A stretch of 64,000 bases of DNA, from contig JBHGNT010000017.1 in NCBI GenBank assembly GCA_043228905.1, positions 11,098,001 through 11,162,000 on the forward strand, read 5' to 3'. Each line of letters starts with the position of its first letter. Positions within the stretch are counted from its first letter, which is position 1. The notes beneath the pieces were generated by a model. It did not search any database, was not told where the DNA came from, and was given only the letters and a program-made list of their open reading frames with translations. Source of the stretch: Azolla caroliniana (lineage: Eukaryota; Plantae; Polypodiophyta). This document shows, one piece after another, positions 34,521 through 45,100 of the stretch. Made by a program: the position numbers and the translations under genes.

Positions 34521-37345
34521 TCTCACAGACACACCAAGCGTGGACTAGGACGGAGCACGGATGATGGGGCTACAAGTGACGGATGAACTTGGAGCTAGAT
34601 GTGACGAGGCTAGGAACTCTAGATGTTGTGATTGACATGAGGGCATGAAGGCAAAAATAAAGATCAAGGAGACAAAGATGAGGCGAAAAGAGAATACTAG
34701 ATTGATGTGTCAATGATTGGTGTTGAATCCCTTGAAAGGGACCAAGGATGTTACAAGTATTTATACAATTTCCGAGATTTAATATCTCTAGAATATACTC
34801 GTCTAGAATATGTCGTACAATATTTCTAGAATATACTACCGACTAGAATATTCCGAGTCTAAAACGTTCTATATGCTAGACTATAGAATACTAAACCATT
34901 ATATACAAATGCATGCTCATATGAAAATGGTTGAGCATGACATCTTGTAGATGTGAGATTGCAAGTTTAATCCTCACTAACTACATGTTTGATGTCATTC
35001 TGTCGTGACATTATCCTCCCCTTTACGGCCACCTTTTCGAAAGCGTGGTGTAGGGGTGGATGGGAATTGTAGCACTGACAAGCATGAGGAACCATATGTT
35101 GTCCACACAGGAGATTGGAACACCAACGGGCGTGAGCAACCGAAGACTAGAACACTGATAGACGTGAGCGACCATGTGCAGTCCTCATCAGGAACATGAA
35201 TGGCCATGGTCAATCATGCAGCCCTCATCGGGAACTAGAACACGAACGAGAGTGAGCGACCATGCGGCCCTCACCAGGAACTCAAACACGAACAGGCGTG
35301 ATCGACCATGTGTGGCCCTCACTAGGAACTCGAACATGAACAGGCATGAGCGACCACGTCGGTCCTCGCCGGGATATGGAACACGAACAATAGCTGGAGT
35401 GAGCGACCATGTGCGGTCCTCACCGGAGATTGGAACACGAATGGACGTGAGCGACCATGCAGTCCTCACCGAGAACTAGAACACAAACAGACGTGAGCGA
35501 CCATGTGGCCCTCACTGAGAACTGAACACGAACGCACATGAGTGACCATGCAGCCCTCACCAAGAACTGGAACAACGGCCGAAGGAGTGCAAGTGAAGTG
35601 ATCGACTCGACTTCTTCTATTATGAAAGGGTAAATAGTCGAGGTTGACCCAAGACATGGTGTCGTGCCTTTCAGCACCGGATCGTTGCGTGAGTCGGGTG
35701 GGAACCACCGGGGTTTTGGACTAGGAGGAGGAAGAATTTGAGACGAGTTTAGTTATGAATATGAATCGATTATAAGAAAGAGAGATTGAAACTCATGAAT
35801 CCCACAAGTATATTGTATTAGATTAATCAATATTAAGATAAGAATATGAATTTGGATTGAAAGAGAGAGATATAAAAACCTCGTGAATCCCACGAGTATA
35901 GTTTATTTCGTGAATCCCATGAATATAATTTATTAATTGGTGCTTTTTAGAAATATATCCAATTTCCAAATATTCCACACCTATTACATTGTGCTCCCCA
36001 TCCTTATATAGTGATGAGAGAGTCTTAGCAATCCATGTTTTTTCTCTAACTATAGACTCCATGCTTTTTTTGTCGATAGACTACATACTTTTTCTAAAAG
36101 TGATCATGAGTTTTTTTTTTCCGACTATAGTGTTCATGCATGCTAGATGCGCATGTGTAGCTTTTTCTTTTATCATGCATTTTCCTAAAGTTTATCCTAG
36201 CATGAACTTAGCTTTCTATGTGGGACATCTATTTTTTGACATTAATGATATGCTAGTGTAATGGTAAGGCTTCACATTATTAACATGGAGGTACAAGGTT
36301 CAGATCTTGCCTTACCCATGTAATATATATTTTGATATTTCTTTCTTTTTCTTCATATTTATTCAATCGGTTATTTTATACGTTTTTCACATAGTGTACA
36401 AAATACACTACGACAACGGCACAAACGGTAGCGTTAGCGAGAAACCCATGCGGTCCCCACCAGGCAAGTGAGCGATTGTGACCCCACCGAAACTAGAAGG
36501 TGAGCAATCGAAATCGGTCCTCGTCAACAGAAAGTTGCACGAGACTTGAACTATAAAGAAAATACAGTGCAAGCGAGCAATGATCTGACCCCACCAAGAA
36601 AGTGAGCAGTTGTGACCCCCACTGGAACTGGGAAGGTGAGCGATCGAAAGCACTCCTCACCAAAACCATGATGCAAAATGATACCTAAAAATGATGACAA
36701 GTAGTGTTGATGACGACGATGGTTGGGCGAAGAGGTGCTTAAAATGATGACGTCGAAGACAAGGATGTTGATGATGGTAACTCCGGAAGAAAGGAAAGTG
36801 ATGATGGTAACTCTAGAAGCAAAGGCGATGACGAAGATGGGTGGTGATCCCACTTGGAAGGGATTCAAACTGTCATGGACACACCAAGCGCGGATTAGGA
36901 CGGAGCACAGATGATGGGGCTACGAGCGACGAATGAACTTGGAGCTAGATGTGACGAGGCTAGGAACTCTAGATGTTGTGAGTGACATGAAGGCATGAAG
37001 ACAGAAGTAAAGATCAAGGAGACAAAGATGAGGCGAAACGAGAATACTAGATTGATGTGTCAATGACTAGTGTTGAATCCCTTGAAACGGACCAAGGATG
37101 TTACAAGTATTTATACAATTTCCGAGATTGAATATCTCTAGAATATGCCATACAATATTTCTAGAATATACTACCGACTAGAATATTCCGATTCTGAAAT
37201 GTACTATTTGTGAGACTATAGAATACTAAACCTTTATGTACAAATTCATGCTCATATCAAAATGGTTGAGCATGACATCTTGTAGATGTGAGGTTGCAAG
37301 TTCAATACTCACTAACTACATGTTTGATGTCATTGTGTTGTGACA
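34521..37345 (-). mobile_element. Non-autonomous LTR element N1 (TRIM/LARD-like, self-priming type)
   Basis: TSD CCGAC 34516-34520 / 37346-37350; LTRs 34521-35010 and 36871-37345; PPT (minus) 35011-35024; no intact pol. Confidence 0.9.
35125..35575. repeat. Degenerate ~46-48-bp tandem array (about 9 units) in N1 3' internal region
   Basis: GAGCGACCATG.GGCCCTCACC.GAACT.GAACACGAAC units. Confidence 0.85.
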
Positions 37346-39000
37346 CCGACTCCTCCTGAATCATGTTCAAAGAATGTCCGATTACGACAAGGCTTAGTGG
37401 GCCAAAAAGCCCCCGAGTGACCAAAGCACATATTTGCCTAGTCCGAAGATGGACAAAAGCAAGGCGAAAATGCTAGAGTATGAAGATGATCAATCCAACG
37501 GTAACGAATGGACTCACTCACTCGATAGTGAGTTCGGTGACTTCGATGTACCTTTCATGAGGACACTTGGTATAAAGAAAACCATTGCCATGGCAAACGA
37601 AAAACTTTGTCGCTTCACCAGTGAGAAGAATCCTGTTAGCCGATTCAGCTACAACAATTATATGGCATACCACTATGCCTTTATGATGAAGGTGACGACA
37701 GTTTGAGAACCGGAAAGTTTTTCGGAAGCAGCCAAGGATTCACGATGGGTCGAAGCAATGAATGAGGAAATGTAGGCACTATGCAAGAACGAGACATGGG
37801 ATCTCATTCCCCGCTCACCGTACAAGAAGGCAATGGGTGCAGATGGATTTACAAGGTGAAGTATAATGTCGAAAGCTTCGTCAACGCTACAAAGTTCGAC
37901 TCGTAGCGAAAGGATACACAAACACATGGAGTCGACTATGAAGAGACCTTTGCCCTGGTGGCAAAGATGATGACTGTGTGGACCATAATTGTGCTTGCAA
38001 CGGTGAAAGGGTGGCACCTCCATCAAATGGACGTAAAGAATGCCTTTCTTCAAGGCGAATTAGAAGAGGAGGTGTACATGGTACAACCACTCGGCTTCAA
38101 ATCGAGCATCCATCCAAAAGTAGTCTACCGACTAAAGAATCCACTCTATGACCTTAAACAAGCATCGCGTGCTTGACACTTGAAGATAACACAATATCTT
38201 CATCGAAACGGCTTTTGAATGTCGAAATCCGACAACTCCCTCTATGTACGAAACAACTCTGAAAGTCTGATTGTCATCATCCTATATGTGGATGATTATG
38301 TCATTGGAGGTGAAAGCCTAGTCGACATCAACAAGGTCAAGTCCCTCCTCTCCAGCAAATTCGAGATGACGAACATGAAGGAGCTTCATTACTTCCTTGG
38401 CATCGAGGTAATTCGGATTCCAGTCGGCATTATGATCTCTCAACGACACTACATCCTCAACTTGTTATATAAGTTCGGGATGACTAAGTGCAAATTTGTG
38501 GCAACCCTCTCGATCGAAACCCAAAACTCATTGCCGACCCCGACATAGAAGAGTGTGAGGCAACTCAATATTGACAACTAATTGGAAGCCTCATCTATCT
38601 CACGATCACTCGACTTGACCTCAGCAATCCGGTCAAACTCCTTAGCCAATTCATGCAAAATCCATGAGATATTCATTTAGATTGTGCTAAGAGAGTGGTA
38701 CAATATGTGAGTGGAACTATGGACTGTGGAATTCTCTATAAGTCGGTCACACCAATTCGACTTGAAGGATATAGGGATGCTTATTGGGAAGGCTACAGAG
38801 CCGACCGACGATTGACACCAGGATCTGTCTTCTCTCTTGGAAGTGGGGCCATCTCCTAGAGTAGCAAGAACCAGCCGACCATCACACTTTCAAGCACAGA
38901 GGCCGAATACAAGGGCGTGGTTGTGGTTGCATATGAAGTCGTATGGATGAAGAGAATATTGAAGGATCTGGGCGTTCCTTTTAGAGTAATGTTCTAACGT

Positions 39001-39674
39001 TGTCGTGAAGATTTTCGTCCATAGGCGGAAAACCGAGCGAAGTAAGCAAACCCGCGATGTGCAACGTTGCACATCAACATGTCGTATTTCTATTTGTCGA
39101 TAGTGATAAGTATGGTGCTAGAAATGCACCTTAGGATTTGTAAAGTGTAAAGGTGATGTGCTTTGCACGCACATCCACGTGAGAGAGAGAGATAGGTACA
39201 TAGTAGTTCGTGTAGAGGTGGGAGTTAAGACCCATCCTTCCCACCTCCCCTAAAATCAAGGGAAATATCCCCATTGATTGAAAGGGGATATTTTGTAGCA
39301 CCTTTATGTAACGGTCTTCCCTCCTTGTGCTATAAAGGGAGAGGAAGAGCACCATTGTGGGGGTTGCCTATTTTTGAGTGCGAAAGGTATACCACATAGG
39401 ACGAGCGTTAGGTTTAGGGTTTCTTTTCTTCTTCGTCGGTCTAGGGTTTCGGGTTTATCATAGTCGTTTGGTGCGGCCTACGCGGCCGCCATTTTGTAAT
39501 CGGTTTTCGGTTCTAATATATCTTGTTGAGCATTTGGCCTCCATCTTCCTCTTGTTCATTCTTTCTCTTCTTGTGCTAAGCTCCATCCCGAAGTCCTATT
39601 CCTTCTCCCCTTCTCCTTAGTCCAAGACCCCCGTGGTTCCGCCCTTCTCCACGCACGCGCGTAACAACGCGACA
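39001..39674 (+). mobile_element. Solo LTR of the G1/G5 gypsy family
   Basis: TGTCGTGAAGATTTT...CGTAACAACGCGACA termini shared with G1/G5; 4-bp TSD ACGT on both sides. Confidence 0.9.
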
Positions 39675-42089
39675 ACGTAAGATATGATAAGGATAATATA
39701 TATATATATATGAAATAAGAAAGGAGAGAGAGAAAGAAGGGTGCCAATCCACCCGACCACCCCCAAGCGAAGGGATCGAGACAGACTTGAGCCTCAATTG
39801 GCATCTCATACCACCGTCATGGCGTTGAGTCATATCTGGTGTTGGCGTGCTCGCTACAAGAGTTGACCCACCACAAGAACAAAGTCTCGACATAGTCAAG
39901 AGATGATGAAATGAGGATAGTTAGGCCTCATATTTATAGCAAGACCCAAGGCCCCCAGGCAAATTCACACTTGGCCCAATGGGTTGTCTCAATCCCGAGG
40001 ATTAAAAGTAATCCTCCCCTTCTTTACACTCTCGTTTAACCCTCACACTTATCCACATGTATAGAATACTATGGTAAATTCTCACCACGGGATAGTATAT
40101 GGTCATGCCCTTAACATACTCCCCCTCTTTAAAACATTGCACTCTTGCAATGGAAAGTTAGGAAAGTTAGTTCTAAGAGTATTTTCGCATTCCCATTGGC
40201 ATCTTTGATAGATTTATCCATCCATTTAATTTTAAATTCTCGTATCATTTTTGGACGCAGATTTTTTGTTTTAACATTGAGAATTCTTTCTGGTACATGT
40301 GGTTTAGAAGATAATTCTTCAGAAGTAACCAGTGTTTCAGTTGTAATTGTATTGTTGCAAGAACCTAGAAGTTCTTTTAGACGACTTACATGAAAAACTG
40401 GATGAATTTCAACGCCATCGGGAAGAGCGAGACGATAGGCTGATGAACCAATACGTTTGAGGACTTGAAAAGGTTCACAAAACCGTGGGGCTAACTTTGC
40501 GCACTTACCCATAGACAATGTCTTAGAATTGTGAGGTACACGTAAAACTACCTTATGTCGAGGGTTGTGTCGAGACTCGTGGGTAGGAGATAGAGTGAGA
40601 GCGAGAGCGAGAGCTAAAGAGAGAGGGTGTGTGTGTGTGCGTGAGAGAGAGAGGGAGGGAGAGTAAGAGTGAGATAAGACTTGAAATAGAAATGAGATTA
40701 TATTATGATATAACAAGATTACAATGAGTAGGCTAAGGGCTAAAGACTGGTGTTGAACCGAATGAGTTGAAATGAATATATGGACACTTATTTATAGATC
40801 CTTATGGAGTATTCTAGAATGCTCTAGAATATTTTAGATTTTTATGATAAGAAATATAATCATGAAATATTAAAGGATGTTCTAGACTAATCTAGAATGT
40901 TCTAGAATATTCTAATATCTCGTAATAACTAAAAATATATTATTATAATGACACAACATATATGTTATTACAATGGTTACGGGTTCAACACATAGACCAA
41001 GAAGTCGTGGGTTTGATTCTTGATAAGCCAAAATGTTGTCTTCATGATATTATCCCCCTTTCGATGATGAGTTCCACAAGTCGGAAGACAAGAGTTTGGA
41101 CTTGGTTTATGGGGATATTTGTCGTGAAATGCAACAACCATGTCGGAGGCATTAGCAAGATGCTCGGCAGGCTCCCATGTTCGATCATTAGGTGTATAGC
41201 CTAACCAATCAACCAAATAATATAGTTTGTTGCGGATGATCTTGGAGTCGAGAATGGCAGCAACCTCATATTCAGAGTCATTGGAAAGTTCGATTAGAGG
41301 TGTAAGACGACCCGGAATAGAGCTTGTTGTGTAGGGCTCCAAAAGTGAAACATGGAAGACCATGTGAAGACGCATATGAGGAGGGAGATCAAGACGTTGT
41401 CGTGAAGAAAACCGTCCCCAGGCGCAAACCGTGTATAGCGTGTGTAAACCGGCCCTTACACGTGGGCACGCCCCTTGTGGTACAGTAGATAGGTAGGCAC
41501 AAAGGTCCGATCCTAGGTAGCAATATTCTATAGGGAGAATCGAGGAGTATTTCTGTCCGAAAGGACAGAGAATTAATGTGATGTAAACGGGCAAGACGGT
41601 CTCCCTCCTTGAGCTATAAAAGAGAGGGAGACGGGAGGGGGAGAAGGTATCGCGCACGAGAGGGACGAAGTGTTGTCGGACTGGGACCGAGCTCCTCTCC
41701 TCTGTCGTTTTCCATAAGCTTTCTTTGCGCAGGTTCTCGAGAGGCTGATTTTGCTCCATGGAACGCCCGTGTGCTTTCGGCAGAATCTCCATCTTGCTCC
41801 CCTGTGTGCGTGGGTGATCAGGCGTCGACACCCGTCTCGACGACCTGTTCGGCTGTAACTGATCGAGTCATCTGCATACATATATTTATATACGCGTTCT
41901 TATACTCTATCTCCTGCCCAACTTGTGTCTCTTGTGTTGATTGGGCTGCGTTCCCGCGCGCTTCTTTGCCTATTTGTGTGTGAGCGTGTCTCTCTCTCCC
42001 TCTCTCTCTTTTCCCCACCTATTCCTCGGTCCAAGACCCCAGTGGTCCCGCCTTGTTCTCCACGCACGCGCGTAACAACGCGACATATT

Positions 42090-42107
42090 TGGTGAACCCG
42101 ACGTGAA
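42090..42107 (+). promoter_or_regulatory. Primer binding site complementary to tRNA-Trp 3' end
   Basis: TGGTGAACCCGACGTGAA = reverse complement of plant tRNA-Trp ...TTCACGTCGGGTTCACCA (recalled sequence). Confidence 0.8.
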
Positions 42108-42128
42108 CAGGCGGCAGAGGAGTAGAAG

Positions 42129-45100
42129 ATGAGGGGGTCGGACCTTGCAGAAGCCATGGCTTCGGCAGTAGACCGTATAGTGAGTGTGCGCGAAGGCACC
42201 GACGCCCTTGATAGGGCTATCGAGGCGGTTGTCAGTACGATCGGCCGGTTTAGTGGGAAGGATGCCACGAGCTACTTGGCGTCCTACCGAGTTGAGATGG
42301 TAATGAGGGACATTCCGGAAGAGAGGCATCTAGCCGGATTCCCTCGAGTGGCGATGCCGGGTATCCATACGGAGGTGCTCGAGGTACGGGCCGAGAGCCG
42401 GACCTGGGAGGAGTTCGAAGGTCGGCTCCTCGAAAGATACGGGCTTGAAGATGCGCTTCGACTTTCGAAGCGGGACTTCATGGAGTGGGTGGAGACCCCC
42501 GACAAAGGAAGGAACGCAACAGTGCTCCTTCGGAGTTTGAGGAACGCTTTGCGCGCCTCTCAGTGCTTGACCGGACCGTTCTGGACACAAGCCGTGTCCT
42601 ATTGTTTGTTAAGTCGGTTGACGAGCGGGATCTGGAGCAGGTAGGTCTCCTATTGGAGACTGATGACGGGCTGACGGCCGACTGGGCCGTGGTGAAAAGG
42701 GTCTATGGCCGTTTCGACAAACGGCGGGAATGGGTTGACAAAGGATCGACAGGGGCGGGCTCTGCCGCAGCAACGAAGCTCGAGCCAACGCCACCAACGC
42801 GAAGGGAAGAGACCCGAGATTGGCTCGAGACCGGGTCGGCTTCAACCGGCATGGTCAAGGGCTCGTCCGGGGGAGCAACTCTGGAGGAGCTGACGCGGAT
42901 GGTAAAGGATCTTCAGATCGCCCAGGCACGGAGGGATGGTGGCGAATAGGCCCGTGACCGACGACCTCTAGCTGAAAACAGGTGCATGTGGTGTGACGTG
43001 GTTGGCCACATCCAAAAGGACTGCGGGGACTTCGCCGAGGCGATGAGAAGCAACGTGGTGTACCTGTGGAACGGTCGGGTGCACGCCAGCAAGACTCGAA
43101 GGGCCCTGAACCTGAACGTCGGGCAAGGGGGTATGAAAAGGCTGATGGAGGAGGCGGCGGCTCGTCACGCGGAGACCGTCCACTACTCGGTGTCAGCTGG
43201 TATTCGGGTCGGAGGTGGCGAGGCCCCGAAAACGAACAAAGCCAGGTTCTAGCCGACGATGCTAGAAGGCCTCGCCAGTGCATGGCTAAGGGAAGAAGAG
43301 GTGGACCGCGCGGGAAAACGGGTCCGGGAGGTGACCGGGTGGAGCGACCCGGTGGAAGAAAAGATGGGCTTCGTCGAAGCTGCTTGTCAAAACTACGAGG
43401 CTCTGGTGGAGGACAAGCGCGTAGGGAAAACCGGAGGGGCCGGGCCCTCGCAGCGATATGAAACTCGATTCGGGCAAAGACGGAATGAGGCCAGTGTACT
43501 CGGCGCCCAGGATAATCCCAAGAAAGGCGGGTACCGGTTGGGCACAGAAATTGAAAGATCCACGGACCTGCGAAAGGTCCTGGAAGAACGAATCCTCGAC
43601 AACAAGGTGGAACCGTCGCTGAGGGAAGTGCTTGGGATCGCCAAGAAGGAGTTCCACGACTCCATCGTAGACTTGGTGAAGAGGAAGAGGCTGTCGACGG
43701 AAACAGAACCGGAGAAGCCGGTGGAGGTGCGGACGACGCACATAGAGGACATGGCGCTGGAAGACGAGTTGGCGGAGAGCCACTATTCGAGGCCGCACTG
43801 GAAGACGAGTTGGCGGAGAGCCACTATTTGAGGCCGAACTTGGCCAGAGCGACTACGAAGACCCCCGTGAAGATCGGAGATGTTCATGAACCAGTGGTGG
43901 CGTTGGTGGACCACGGTTCAGAAATCAATTTGATGTCCATGGACTTCTATAAGAAGGGGAAATGGCCGATCAACACCAAGCACGGGTGGAAGATACGGGC
44001 AGAGACGCGTGCCACCGAGGAACTGCATGGAGCTTGCCCAAATGTACGAGTAAAGATCGGCGATGTCGAGATTGACCAACACTTCTTCGTGCAGGAGACG
44101 TCCTCACATCCGGTTATACTAGGAGAATCGTACATCACGGCAGCACGGATGGAGACCAAGGTGCAGGACAACGGCTCAGCCTATGCAAGGGTCAAGAGCT
44201 AGGATGGGCGCCACTCGGTCCAGTTCCTGACGGTGAGACCAAACCATGAGAGGAACCGCGAGACCCTCGGGGGCGAAAGCCGGGAGGATTTTTGAAGAGG
44301 GCTATCAAGGCATGGGGCCGCGATAGTCCGGACACTCCGGGAAAACCCCACAAATGTACGATAGCGGAGAAGACATGTACTATAAGTAGGAAATTTTGGT
44401 TCTCCGACAACGGAGGGTGTACGATAGTCGACGTTGTTGGACGGAAGAAGAAAAAGGGAGAGGAGCGACTTCGTGCATGTGGTATCCTCGGCCTCGGAGA
44501 GGAAATCAACGGAGCCGTGGAGGCGGTCTCTTTTGATGATACCTTGGGGGAGCTGCGAGAGGTAGTCGGAGGAGTCCTTAAAGAGGACCGGACGATTCCG
44601 GTATGTTCGGAAAGGATGTACGAAGTCATTGCCGACTTCAGTAGAGGGCTCGAGTCAGATCGGACGGCCCGGGTGGACATGAGGTAGAAGACTATGGATC
44701 GGAAGGTGAGGCCAGTCGCGGCTCCCTTGCCGGAGGGCAGCGAGTTGCGAATAAAGGGGGTTGCGCCGGACCCGAGTTTACGAAATCCGGCCCGCATAGG
44801 ACACACATTCACCGACATAACGCTGCGCGAGCTCAAAATCGGTGGGGGCGGCTTCCTACTGCTGGCGGAAGAGGACCGTTTTCGGGGAATGCTCGGAAGG
44901 CACGGGAAGGCTTTCGCATTCTCGCCGGAGGAGATCGAGTGCGTAGACCCGACAGTCGTGGAACCGATGGTGATATTCACGGTACCGCATGTGCCGTGGA
45001 GTCTCAAACCGATTCCAGTACCCAGAGCTCACATCCCGAAGTTCATGGAGCTGTTAAAGCAGAAGGTCGAGATGGGAATCCTCGAACCGTCGAGTGCCCC

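Larger units (their letters stand above)
32206..38984 (+). mobile_element. Ty1/copia element C4 (C2 family), old; integrase partly deleted, interrupted in RNase H, 3' end probably beyond window
   Basis: 5' LTR 32206-32673, PBS TGGTATCAGAG 32674-32684, gag MNTQMGS, RT and RH fragments; deletion junction about 34285. Confidence 0.88.

Noticed and set aside
36406-36706. Possible CACTA element (CACTAC...GTAGTG)
   Set aside because: Only a 6-bp inverted match and no 3-bp TSD
40977-41831. 284-aa ORF with a chromodomain as a novel gene (likewise 48360..49328)
   Set aside because: Chance fusion of antisense G5 LTR with G4 integrase/chromodomain across the insertion junction
43760-43845. ~40-bp duplication in G5 gag as a programmed feature
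   Set aside because: It breaks the frame and looks like a copy-specific slippage duplication
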